Source: an uncultured Actinomycetes bacterium (GTDB lineage Bacteria > Actinomycetota > UBA4738 > HRBIN12). Taken from it: 64,000 nucleotides of DNA. Both the position numbers and the translations under genes were made by a program. Below, piece after piece: positions 20,498-29,605 of the stretch; positions within the stretch are counted from its first letter, which is position 1, and each line of letters begins with the position of its first letter. The stretch covers positions 94,511 through 158,510 of the forward strand of contig CAVVOG010000002.1 in the NCBI GenBank assembly GCA_963749895.1. Direction: 5' to 3'. The notes below the pieces were generated by a model. That model did not search any database. It saw only the letters and a list, made by a program, of their open reading frames with translations, and had not been told where the DNA came from.

Positions 20498-21226
20498 GTG
20501 ACGACCACGCCCGCTCCCACCGCGCACCGCCCGCTCCTCGACGACCATCGCCGAGCCGCCCTGTACGCGACGCTCCTGCTGGCCGCGCTCGTGTTCATGG
20601 TGGTCGGTGTCGGGAAGCACCCGACCGTGGCCGCCCCCGAGACCACGATCCCGGCGATCGGCGAGATCGACGAGAGCGTCTACGACTCGATCGTCCCGCG
20701 CCGGAACGACATCCTCACCTCGGTGTTCAAGGCGTTCGACGTGACCGGCAAAGGCGTCGTGACGATCCCGCTTCGCATCGCGTTGGTCGCGATCTTGCTG
20801 GTCCGTCGCCGGTGGCCGGCCGCCGTCGCGTTCATGATCGCCTGGGCGACCTCGGAGATCGCGATCGAAGTGATGAAGGGGTACTTCCAGCGGGGCCGGC
20901 CCTCGCAAGCGCTGGTCGAGACGGTCGGGTTCTCCTTCCCGTCGGGCCACGCCACCGCCGGCGCGGCGATCGCCGTGGCGATCGTGTTCGCCTTCCTCAA
21001 GCCCGGTCACCGCCGGCGCGTGTGGGTCCTGTTCGCGGTCGTCTTCGCCTTCACGATGGCCTTCTCACGTGTGTACCTGGGAGCGCACTGGCTGTCTGAC
21101 GTCGTGACGGGCGTGCTGCTCGGTTCGATCTGCGCGATCGGGGGGTTCGCCCTGGTCGACGAGGTCCAGCACCGGCGTCACCGGCCGGACACGACCGAGC
21201 CGGTCGATCAGCCCGTGGCAGGCTGA
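20498..21226 (+). CDS. PAP2 family phosphatase (undecaprenyl-PP/PGP phosphatase-like)
   Basis: All three motifs intact: KGYFQRGRP, SFPSGH, SRVYLGAHWLSD. Confidence 0.92.
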   Translation: MTTTPAPTAHRPLLDDHRRAALYATLLLAALVFMVVGVGKHPTVAAPETTIPAIGEIDESVYDSIVPRRNDILTSVFKAFDVTGKGVVTIPLRIALVAILLVRRRWPAAVAFMIAWATSEIAIEVMKGYFQRGRPSQALVETVGFSFPSGHATAGAAIAVAIVFAFLKPGHRRRVWVLFAVVFAFTMAFSRVYLGAHWLSDVVTGVLLGSICAIGGFALVDEVQHRRHRPDTTEPVDQPVAG

Positions 21227-22332
21227 GCGTCGGCCTGTACGGCCTCGAGCTCCGCGGCGATCGACCCCGGCGGCGGCGTGTCGCGCAGCCAGCCCTTCTT
21301 CCCGCGCCAGATGAAGTACGTGACCGCGCCGAGCGGGATCTGCAGACCGTAGGTGAGGACGCGGAAGACAAGGACGCCGGCCACGATCTCGGCATGCTCG
21401 CCGTTGTCGATCGCGGTGAGGCCGCCGATGTAGCCGAGGTCGATCACCCCGGCACCGCCCGGCGTGATCGGGACCGCCGAGAGCAGCCGGCTGAACGTGT
21501 AGATCGCGAAGATCTCGACCGTCGAGACGTCCTGCTCCGACACCCCCATGTGCCGCAGCGACAACACGAGGACGAAGCACAGCGCCACCTGGCTGAGGAT
21601 CGTGGTCAAGGTCAACCGGATCCAGCGTCGGTTGACGAGGATGATCGTCTCCCGGCGGAACTTCACCGTCTTGTCGCCCATCCCCTCGACCGGCGGCTTG
21701 CGCACCACCTTCAGGAGGGCGGAGAAGACGCGGCCCAGCAGCTCGCCGACCTTTCGGGCCATGTCCTCGCTCTTGAAGACCAGCACCAGAAGGACCACGG
21801 CCCCGATCAAGATCGCCGCGCCGATCAGCGCGGCCGTGACCAGCCCCGGGTTCGTGTTGCCGGTGACTACGAGCAGCACGAGGGCGATCATCGGCATCCC
21901 CAACTTCGCGAAGATGTTCCAGATGCCCGTCACGCCGACGTACAGCGTGATCTCGCCAGCCGTGAAACCCCACGAGTTCAGCATGGCGGCGCTCACGCCG
22001 ATCGCGAGGGCGCCGCCGGCCGGCAGGGTGTTCGCGACGGTGGTGCTGGTCTGGGTGACGACCGCGGACTGCCCGAGCGACATGCCCATCAAGGCGGCCT
22101 GGTTCGCCAGCCAGTAGGTGTAGAGGTTGAACACCATCGCCGCCATCAGCGTCCAGAACTCGAGCGGCGTGAGGGTCCTCATCGCGTCCCAGACCTCGCC
22201 GTAGTCGGCGAACTTCGGGATCGCGACGGTGAAGATCAGGATGACGACGGCGATGCCGAAGACGAACGCCACGATCTGACCGGGCGAGATCTTCCTCTTC
22301 GTCTTCTCGGGCGTCGCGGGTCCGTCCGTCAC
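21208..22332 (-). CDS. UPF0104 / lysylphosphatidylglycerol synthase TM-domain (flippase-like) protein
   Basis: ANTLPAGG, AVPITPGGAGVID and VLVFRVLTY motifs. Confidence 0.85.
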   Translation of the reverse strand: MTDGPATPEKTKRKISPGQIVAFVFGIAVVILIFTVAIPKFADYGEVWDAMRTLTPLEFWTLMAAMVFNLYTYWLANQAALMGMSLGQSAVVTQTSTTVANTLPAGGALAIGVSAAMLNSWGFTAGEITLYVGVTGIWNIFAKLGMPMIALVLLVVTGNTNPGLVTAALIGAAILIGAVVLLVLVFKSEDMARKVGELLGRVFSALLKVVRKPPVEGMGDKTVKFRRETIILVNRRWIRLTLTTILSQVALCFVLVLSLRHMGVSEQDVSTVEIFAIYTFSRLLSAVPITPGGAGVIDLGYIGGLTAIDNGEHAEIVAGVLVFRVLTYGLQIPLGAVTYFIWRGKKGWLRDTPPPGSIAAELEAVQADAQPATG

Positions 22333-22383
22333 GGCGCCGGACGATATCACGCTGCCCTGATCAGGAGGCCATGCGATCAGGTC

Positions 22384-22914
22384 TCACCAGGTGCTCGCCG
22401 TCGCCATCGAGGCCACCGACAGCACCAGGAGCGAGAGCGCGACACGGCCGGCGACCTTGAGCGCCCCCTGGCGGCGGGCGATCTCGGCGCCCTGCTCGGG
22501 GGTCGGTGGGGCGCCGCTCTCGGCGACCTGCCGCTGGAGCGCCATCATCGCCCGCACGTTCGGTCGGGTGACGAACATCCCGATCGAGGCCGCTGCGATC
22601 GCGGCGACCATGCCGATCGTCAGGGCCAGCCCGTAGCCGGTGCCCACGAACCCGCCGAACGACGACGCGTCGGTCGCCAGCTTCACGTACATCACGAGCC
22701 CCGCGACGATCGTGATCCCCGCGAGCAGCAGGAAGCGATCGACGAGCTTCCGGACGCCGAGCAGTTGCCCCATCATCGGCCCGGCGGCCGGGCCGATCGC
22801 CGCCGCGCTCGGCTGCAGGAAGACGACGAACAGGAACACGCCACCGACCCACGCGGCCCCCGCGAGGATGTGGATCAGGCGGAACACGAACCAGAACGGC
22901 TCGAGACCGAGCAT
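22384..22914 (-). CDS. 4-TM membrane protein (CopD/DUF2269-like)
   Basis: RLIHILAGAAWVGG N-terminal motif. Confidence 0.7.
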   Translation of the reverse strand: MLGLEPFWFVFRLIHILAGAAWVGGVFLFVVFLQPSAAAIGPAAGPMMGQLLGVRKLVDRFLLLAGITIVAGLVMYVKLATDASSFGGFVGTGYGLALTIGMVAAIAAASIGMFVTRPNVRAMMALQRQVAESGAPPTPEQGAEIARRQGALKVAGRVALSLLVLSVASMATASTW

Positions 22915-22993
22915 GAAGCCCCCCTTCCGGTCACGACCGCCGGAGTATGCGCCTGCCGGGAGATGGAGGCACGTCCTTTCGCGCCCTGGCGAT

Positions 22994-23037
22994 TCATCGC
23001 TTGCTGATTTGACTCATCGCTGAAACGTCCCTACGGT
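22994..23037 (+). promoter_or_regulatory. SigA-type promoter TTGACT-N17-TACGGT with TCATCGCT direct repeats (candidate ArsR operator)
   Basis: -35 at 23009-23014, -10 at 23032-23037, GTG 7 nt later; repeats at 22994 and 23014. Confidence 0.65.
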
Positions 23038-23044
23038 CCGGCTC

Positions 23045-23359
23045 GTGACGGTCGTGCCCGAGGCGATCTTGGATGAAGCGGCGCACCGGTTCGCGCTGCT
23101 CGGCGACCCGACGCGGCTCCGGCTCGTGAGCGTCCTGCACGAGCGGGGGCCCTGCACGGTCGGCGAGCTGACCGAGGCGACCGGAGGCACGATGCCCAAC
23201 GTCTCGCAGCACCTCGCCCGGCTGGCCCGCGGCGGTATCGTGAAGCGCAAGCGCGAAGGACGGTCCGTCCGGTACTGGATCGCCGACCCGACGATCGAGG
23301 ACCTGTGCACGATCGTGTGCGCCAGCGTCCGGGACCGGGCCGAGGTCCTGTCGAGGTGA
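23045..23359 (+). CDS. ArsR/SmtB family regulator
   Basis: LGDPTRLRL, NVSQHLARL, C-terminal LCTIVC. Confidence 0.92.
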   Translation: MTVVPEAILDEAAHRFALLGDPTRLRLVSVLHERGPCTVGELTEATGGTMPNVSQHLARLARGGIVKRKREGRSVRYWIADPTIEDLCTIVCASVRDRAEVLSR

Positions 23360-23363
23360 CCCG

Positions 23364-24965
23364 GTGAGCGAAGGCTACGGCGGCGTGCTCGGCGCGGTGG
23401 TGGACACGCCCGGCGACGTCGACCTGCTCGAACACGCCTCCACGAGCGGTCGCGCGCCGCGGATGGTCAAGGTGATCGACCAGTCGCGGTGCATCGGGTG
23501 TCACGCGTGCACCACCGCCTGCAAATCCGAGAACGAGGTCCCCCTCGGCGTCACCCGCACGTACGTGAAGTACGTCGACGTCGGGGTGTTCCCCCAGGCG
23601 CGCCGCGCCTTCCAGGTGACCCGGTGCAACCAGTGCGTCGACGCCCCGTGCGTGGCGGCCTGTCCGACCGCGGCGATGCATACGCGTGACGACGGCATCG
23701 TGGACTTCGACAAGAGCGTCTGCATCGGGTGCAAGGCGTGCATGGCCGCCTGCCCCTACGACGCGATCTTCATCAACCCCGACGACCACTCAGCGGAGAA
23801 GTGCAACTTCTGTGCGCATCGCCTGGACGTCGGCCTGGAGCCGGCGTGCGCCGTGGTCTGTCCGGTCGAGGCGATCTTGGTCGGCGACGTCCACGACCCG
23901 TCGTCGAAGGTGGCGGCGATCGTCGAGCGCGAGCCCGTCACGGTCCGCCGCCCCGAGAAGGAGACGAAGCCGAAGCTCTTCTACAAGGGTGCCACCCAGG
24001 CGACGCTCGACCCGATCGCGGCGCGCCGACCCGAGGGCGGCATCTTCATGTGGTCCGAACAGCCGAGCGGTCCCCACACGGTGACCTCGGGCCACCCCGG
24101 TGATCCCGCGAACTCATCGGCGGCCGCCGTGCTCGCCTACGACGTGGCGCACTCGGCGCCGTGGGACTGGCGGGTCAGCCTCTACACGTGGACGAAATCG
24201 ATCGCGGCCGGCGCGTACCTGGTGCCGCTGCTGCTGATCGTGATCGGCGCCCTGTCGTGGTCGTCGTGGCTGTGGACCTGGGCGGCACCGGTCGTCGGCC
24301 TGCTCTTCCTGGCGATCACCGGTGGCCTGCTCGTGTGGGACCTGGAGCACCCCACCCGCTTCTACATGATCTTCACCCGGCCGCAGTGGCGATCGTGGCT
24401 GGTGCGGGGTGGGTTCATCATCCTGGGCTACGGCGCGGTGCTGTCCCTGCACCTCCTTGCCACGATCGCCGGGCTCGACGACGTACCCGGCTGGCTCGCG
24501 TGGGCGGGTGCCCCCCTGGCGCTCCTGGCCGCCGTCTACACCGCCTACCTGTTCGCGCAGTCGAAGGCACGGGACCTGTGGCAGAGCCCGCTGCTGGCAC
24601 CGCACATCGCCGTGCAGGCCGGGCTCCTCGGAGGCGCCGTGATGCTGCTGCTCGCCGTGGCCGCCGACCAGACGGCCACGGGGATCGACGCCCTGGAGTG
24701 GCTCGTTGCCGTCGCGGCGGGGCTCCACCTCCTGTCGGTGCTCGGGGAGATCACGCTCGCCCACCCCACCGCGCACGCGCACCTGGCCGCGTGGGAGATG
24801 ACGAGCGGCCGGTACGGCGCGTTCTTCCGCATCGGCATCGTGTCGGTGGCGGCCGGGCTCCTGGCGCCGGTCGCCGGGTGGTGGGTCGCCCCGCTCGCCC
24901 TCGCGGGTCTGCTGGCCCACGAGCACGCGTACGTCCAGGCCGGCCAGTCCGTCCCGCTCGCATAG
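23364..24965 (+). CDS. Fused 4x[4Fe-4S] (NrfC/PsrB-like) and NrfD/PsrC membrane anchor
   Basis: CIGCHACTTAC, CNQC..PCVAACP, CIGCKACMAACP, KCNFC..CP; then PWDWRVSLY and DLEHPTRFY. Confidence 0.92.
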   Translation: MSEGYGGVLGAVVDTPGDVDLLEHASTSGRAPRMVKVIDQSRCIGCHACTTACKSENEVPLGVTRTYVKYVDVGVFPQARRAFQVTRCNQCVDAPCVAACPTAAMHTRDDGIVDFDKSVCIGCKACMAACPYDAIFINPDDHSAEKCNFCAHRLDVGLEPACAVVCPVEAILVGDVHDPSSKVAAIVEREPVTVRRPEKETKPKLFYKGATQATLDPIAARRPEGGIFMWSEQPSGPHTVTSGHPGDPANSSAAAVLAYDVAHSAPWDWRVSLYTWTKSIAAGAYLVPLLLIVIGALSWSSWLWTWAAPVVGLLFLAITGGLLVWDLEHPTRFYMIFTRPQWRSWLVRGGFIILGYGAVLSLHLLATIAGLDDVPGWLAWAGAPLALLAAVYTAYLFAQSKARDLWQSPLLAPHIAVQAGLLGGAVMLLLAVAADQTATGIDALEWLVAVAAGLHLLSVLGEITLAHPTAHAHLAAWEMTSGRYGAFFRIGIVSVAAGLLAPVAGWWVAPLALAGLLAHEHAYVQAGQSVPLA

Positions 24966-24975
24966 GAAGACGCCG

Positions 24976-27897
24976 ATGACCGAACCCCACGACCTCGACC
25001 GCCTCGCCGAACGGGTCAGCGCCGCGAAGGAGGCGACGTTGGCCCGGGGCGAGACCTTCTATCCGGGCCCCAGCCGCGTCCACCTCGCGTCGTTCCCGCC
25101 CAAGGAGCGCTGGGACGACTGGGTCGAGCTCGACCCGAAGGCCTGGCCCAGGAAGGTCGAACGGCGCTCGATGCTCGTGCCGACGACCTGCTTCAACTGC
25201 GAGTCGGCATGCGGGCTGCTGGCCTACGTCGACCCCGAGACCCTCCAGGTCCGCAAGTTCGAGGGGAACCCGGAGCACCCGGGCTCGCGGGGCCGCAACT
25301 GCGCGAAGGGGCCCGCCACGCTGAACCAGATCACCGACCCCGACCGGATCCTCTACCCGCTCAAGCGCACGGGCGAGCGCGGCGGCAACGACTGGGAGCG
25401 CGTGTCGTGGGACGACGCGCTCGACGACATCGCCGCCAGGATCCGAGCCGCGATCGTCGAGGACCGTCAGACCGAGGTGATGTACCACGTCGGCCGGCCC
25501 GGCGAGGACGGCTTCACCGAACGGGTCCTGGCATCGTGGGGCGTCGACGGCCACAACTCGCATACGAACGTGTGCTCCTCGGGCGCGCGGGCCGGCTACC
25601 ACTTCTGGACCGGGATCGACCGCCCGAGTCCCGACCATGCGAACGCCGACGTGATCCTGCTGATCTCCTCGCACCTGGAGGCCGGCCACTACTTCAACCC
25701 GCACGCGCAGCGCGTGATGGACGCGAAGGAGCGCGGCGCGAAGCTGATCGTGTTCGACACGCGTCTGTCCAACACGGCCACCCACGCCGACGAGTGGGTT
25801 GCGCCGTGGCCGGGCACCGAGCCGGCGATCCTGCTGGCGGTGGCGAACCACCTCCTACAGACCGGCACGTACGACCGGGACTTCATCCGCCGCTGGTGGA
25901 ACTGGCAGGAGTACCTGCGAGCGGAGCGTCCGGGCGAGCCCGAGACCTTCGAGCGGTTCGAGGAGATCCTGCGTGACCTCTACACGGACTTCACGTTCGA
26001 GGCGGCGGCCAAGGAGTCGGGCATCGACGCCGCCCAGATCGAACGGGTGGCGCGGATCGTGGCGACGGCCGGCACCCGACTGTCGACGCACTCGTGGCGC
26101 TCCGCCGCGGCCGGCAACCTCGGTGGCTGGCAGGTCTCGCGCACGCTCTTCTTCTTGAACGCCCTGCTCGGCGCCGTCGCGGTGCCTGGCGGGACCTACC
26201 CGAACGCCTGGAACAAGTTCGTGCCGAAGCCGATCCACGTGCCCCCGCACCCGCACGTGTGGAACGAGCTCACCTGGCCGCTGGAGTATCCGCTGGCGCT
26301 GAACGAGCTGTCGTTCCTGCTCCCCCACTTCCTCAAGGAGGGACGCGGACGCCTCGAGGTCTACTTCTCCCGCGTCTACAACCCGGTGTGGACGAATCCC
26401 GACGGCTTCTCGTGGATCGAGGTCCTCACCGACCCCGAGAAGGTCGGCCTGCACGTCGCACTCACGCCCACCTGGAACGAGACCGCGTTCTTCGCGGACT
26501 ACGTGTTGCCGACCGGCGTGGGCTCCGAGCGCCACGACCTGCACTCGTACGAGCAGTACGACGGGCAGTGGATCGGGTTCCGCCAGCCGGTGCTGCGGGC
26601 CGCGCGCGAGCGTCTCGGCGAGACCGTCGAGGACACCCGTGACGCGAACCCCGGCGAGGTCTGGGAGGAGAACGAGTTCTGGATCGAGCTGTCGTGGCGG
26701 ATCGACCCCGACGGCTCGCTCGGGATCCGGCAACACCACGAGTCGAAGGCCGAGCCCGGCACGAAGCTCTCTGTCGACGAGTACTACGGCTGGATCTTCG
26801 AGCACTCCGTCCCCGGGCTCCCCGAGGCCGCCGCGGCCGAGGACCGCACACCCCTCGAGTACATGCGCCGCTACGGGGCCTTCGAGGTCCGCGAGAACGT
26901 CGGTCCCGTCTACACGCGGGAGGTCCCGACCGAGGAGCTCGAGGACGTCCACGTGACCGACCTCGGCCGCGTCTACACCCGCGCGCCGAAGCCCGACGAT
27001 CCGAACATCGTCCCGATGGGCGGACCTGAACCTGACGGCGAAGGGCGCCGACCGGTCGGGGTCGAGGTCGACGGCACCGTCCTCCGCGGGTTCCCGACCC
27101 CGAGCGGCAAGCTCGAGTTCTGGTCCCGGACGCTCGCGGAGTGGGGGTGGCGTGAGCACGCGCTGCCGGGCTACATCCGCAGCCACGTCCACCCGCAGCA
27201 CATGGAGGACGGGCAGATGCCGTTGATCTCGACGTTCCGTCTGCCGGTGCAGATCCACACGCGCAGCGCGAACGCGAAGTGGCTCGACGAGATCGCGCAC
27301 ACGAACCCGCTGTGGCTCCACACGAGCGACGCGACACGGCTCGAGGTCCGGACCGGCGACCTGGTGCGGGTCGAGACCCAGACCGGCCACTTCGTGGTGA
27401 AGGCGTGGGTGACCGAGGGCATCCGTCCTGGTGTCGTCGCGTGCAGCCATCACATGGGCAGATGGAAGCTGCACGACACCGGGCAGCGGCAGATGATGGC
27501 GACGGTCGCGCTCGAGCACGAGGGGGATAGCTGGGCGATGTCGCGGAAGACCGGCGCCCGGCCCTACGCCTCCGACGATCCCGACACGTCGCGGATCTGG
27601 TGGACGGACGTGGGCGTGCACCAGAACCTCACGTTCGGCGTGCATCCCGACCCGATCTCGGGCCAGCATTGCTGGCACCAGGCGGTCCGCGTGCGGAAGG
27701 CCGAGCCCGGCGACGCGTACGGCGACATCTCGGTCGACACCGATCGGGCGCACGAGGTCTATAAGGAGTGGCTGACCCTCGCCAGGGACGCGCGGAGCGT
27801 CTCTCCCGACGGCACCCGGCGGCCCTACTGGCTGATGCGCCCCCTGAAGCCGGGCAAGGACGTGTTCCGCCTCGACACGGGGGCACCGGCACCGTGA
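24976..27897 (+). CDS. Mo/W-bis-MGD oxidoreductase catalytic subunit (Psr/Sre/Soe-like), no Tat signal
   Basis: FS0 motif CFNCESAC..NCAKG, RILYPLKR, Cys ligand in SHTNVCS, GFPTPSGKLEF. Confidence 0.92.
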   Translation: MTEPHDLDRLAERVSAAKEATLARGETFYPGPSRVHLASFPPKERWDDWVELDPKAWPRKVERRSMLVPTTCFNCESACGLLAYVDPETLQVRKFEGNPEHPGSRGRNCAKGPATLNQITDPDRILYPLKRTGERGGNDWERVSWDDALDDIAARIRAAIVEDRQTEVMYHVGRPGEDGFTERVLASWGVDGHNSHTNVCSSGARAGYHFWTGIDRPSPDHANADVILLISSHLEAGHYFNPHAQRVMDAKERGAKLIVFDTRLSNTATHADEWVAPWPGTEPAILLAVANHLLQTGTYDRDFIRRWWNWQEYLRAERPGEPETFERFEEILRDLYTDFTFEAAAKESGIDAAQIERVARIVATAGTRLSTHSWRSAAAGNLGGWQVSRTLFFLNALLGAVAVPGGTYPNAWNKFVPKPIHVPPHPHVWNELTWPLEYPLALNELSFLLPHFLKEGRGRLEVYFSRVYNPVWTNPDGFSWIEVLTDPEKVGLHVALTPTWNETAFFADYVLPTGVGSERHDLHSYEQYDGQWIGFRQPVLRAARERLGETVEDTRDANPGEVWEENEFWIELSWRIDPDGSLGIRQHHESKAEPGTKLSVDEYYGWIFEHSVPGLPEAAAAEDRTPLEYMRRYGAFEVRENVGPVYTREVPTEELEDVHVTDLGRVYTRAPKPDDPNIVPMGGPEPDGEGRRPVGVEVDGTVLRGFPTPSGKLEFWSRTLAEWGWREHALPGYIRSHVHPQHMEDGQMPLISTFRLPVQIHTRSANAKWLDEIAHTNPLWLHTSDATRLEVRTGDLVRVETQTGHFVVKAWVTEGIRPGVVACSHHMGRWKLHDTGQRQMMATVALEHEGDSWAMSRKTGARPYASDDPDTSRIWWTDVGVHQNLTFGVHPDPISGQHCWHQAVRVRKAEPGDAYGDISVDTDRAHEVYKEWLTLARDARSVSPDGTRRPYWLMRPLKPGKDVFRLDTGAPAP

Positions 27898-28778
27898 GCG
27901 TCGCCCGCGCGGACCTGCTGCGGGCGCTCGGGGCGCTCTGCGAGGCCCCCGACCCTGGACACGACGCGGTCGCGGAGGCGCTGGGGCTCCCCGCGCCCGG
28001 CGGCGACGGCACGTTCCTGTTCCAGGTGTACCCGTACGCGTCGGTGTTCCTCGGCGCGGAAGGGATGCTGGGGGGTGAGGCGCGCGACCGCGTCGCCGGG
28101 TTCTGGCGCGCGCTCGGACTGACCCCGCCGCCGGAGCCCGACCACCTGGCCGCGCTGCTCGGTCTGGCCGCTGCGCTCGCGGAGGACGAGACCCTCGAGC
28201 GCGACCCCGCGCGTCGCGCGATGCGGCACCAGGCGCGAGGCGCCCTGCTGCGGGAACACGTCTGGTCGTGGGCGATGCCGTTCCTCCGGGCGAGCGCCCG
28301 GGCCGGAGGACCGTTGCACGCCGCATGGGCCGCGCTGGCCGAGGAGACGCTGCTCGACGAGCTCCACGCGACCGGGGGTCCGACCGACGAGCTGCCGGCG
28401 GCGCTCCGCGCGGCGCCCGGCTTCCCCGACGACGACGCCGGGCTCGACGAGATCTTGCCCGCCGTGCTCGCACCGGTGCGCAGCGGGATCGTCGTCACCC
28501 GTGACGACCTGTCACGTGCCGGCCGGCTGCTGGGCGTCGGTGTTCGGATCGGTGAACGCCGCTTCATCCTGCGTGCGATGCTCGAACAGGACCCCGCGGG
28601 CACCTTCGAGTGGTTCGCCGGGGAGGCCGCCGCATGGGCGGCGGTGCACGCGGACACCCGCGACGTCCTCGGGGCGATCGCGACGTTCTGGGAGGAACGG
28701 GCCCGGGCCGCCAACGCCCGCTTCCTCCACCTGGCCACGATGGCGGAGGAGGTGATGGTCGGTGCAGCAGATCGGTGA
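27894..28778 (+). CDS. TorD/DmsD family molybdoenzyme chaperone
   Basis: YPYASVFL, EPDHLAALL, LREHVWSW; coupled to the Mo subunit gene. Confidence 0.85.
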   Translation: MSVARADLLRALGALCEAPDPGHDAVAEALGLPAPGGDGTFLFQVYPYASVFLGAEGMLGGEARDRVAGFWRALGLTPPPEPDHLAALLGLAAALAEDETLERDPARRAMRHQARGALLREHVWSWAMPFLRASARAGGPLHAAWAALAEETLLDELHATGGPTDELPAALRAAPGFPDDDAGLDEILPAVLAPVRSGIVVTRDDLSRAGRLLGVGVRIGERRFILRAMLEQDPAGTFEWFAGEAAAWAAVHADTRDVLGAIATFWEERARAANARFLHLATMAEEVMVGAADR

Positions 28779-29337
28779 GACGCCGGCGACGACGGCCGGC
28801 ATGACGGAGGAGGACCTCCGCAGGATCGTGCGCGAGGAGATCCAAGCGGCCATGGGCAAGGATCCGGGCTCGCAGCGGGCGGCGATCATCGCGTCGAAGG
28901 GCACGCTCGACTGGGCCTACCCCCCGCTGATCTTGGCGACGGCCGCGTCCGCGACGGGGATGGAGACGTCGGTGTTCTTCACGTTCTACGGGCTGAACAT
29001 CCTGTTGAAGGACTTCGACAAGGAGCTGAAGGTCGGTCCGACGGGCAACCCGGCGATGCCGATGCCGATGCCGATGCCGCAGCTCGCGACGATCATCCCC
29101 GGCATGGTGCCGATGGCCACGAAGATGATGAAGTCGAAGTTCGCCGGCAAGGGCGTCGCCCCGATCGGCGAACTCCTCGACCTGTCGGTCGAGCTCGGCG
29201 TGCGGTTGATCGCCTGCCGGATGACGATGGACGTGTTCGGGTACGAGGAGTCGGAGTTCCGTGACGGCGTCGAGTACGCGGGCGCGGCCGCCTTCATCTC
29301 GGAGGCCCGCAAGGCGAACGTCACGCTGTTCATCTGA
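28762..29337 (+). CDS. DsrE/DsrF-like (DrsE_2) sulfur relay protein
   Basis: SKGTLDWAYPPLILA, FFTFYGL, LIACRMTMDVFG. Confidence 0.9.
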   Translation: MQQIGETPATTAGMTEEDLRRIVREEIQAAMGKDPGSQRAAIIASKGTLDWAYPPLILATAASATGMETSVFFTFYGLNILLKDFDKELKVGPTGNPAMPMPMPMPQLATIIPGMVPMATKMMKSKFAGKGVAPIGELLDLSVELGVRLIACRMTMDVFGYEESEFRDGVEYAGAAAFISEARKANVTLFI

Positions 29338-29353
29338 GACGGAAGGGGGAGCG

Positions 29354-29596
29354 ATGTCGGAGGTGGCCGAGGACCGTGTCCTCGACATGCGGGGGTTCCA
29401 GTGCCCCATCCCGGTCGTGAAGACGAACCTCGCGATCAAGGAGATGGCCGACGGCGAGGTCTTGAAGGTGCTCGCCACCGACAAGGGGGCGCTGTCGGAC
29501 TTCCCCGCGTGGGCGGAGGACACCGGCAACACGCTCGTGTCGTCCGGCGAGGAAGGCGACGCGCTCGTCTTCTTCATCCGCAAGGGCGAGGACTGA
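29354..29596 (+). CDS. tusA: TusA family sulfurtransferase
   Basis: LDMRGFQCPIPVV (CPxP) and LATDKGALSDFPAWA. Confidence 0.9.
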   Translation: MSEVAEDRVLDMRGFQCPIPVVKTNLAIKEMADGEVLKVLATDKGALSDFPAWAEDTGNTLVSSGEEGDALVFFIRKGED

Positions 29597-29605
29597 CCCA
29601 CCGGG

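Noticed and set aside
29056-29079. (ATGCCG)4 microsatellite in dsrE
   Set aside because: It is an in-frame Met-Pro loop within a DsrE-like protein, not a phase-variation tract.
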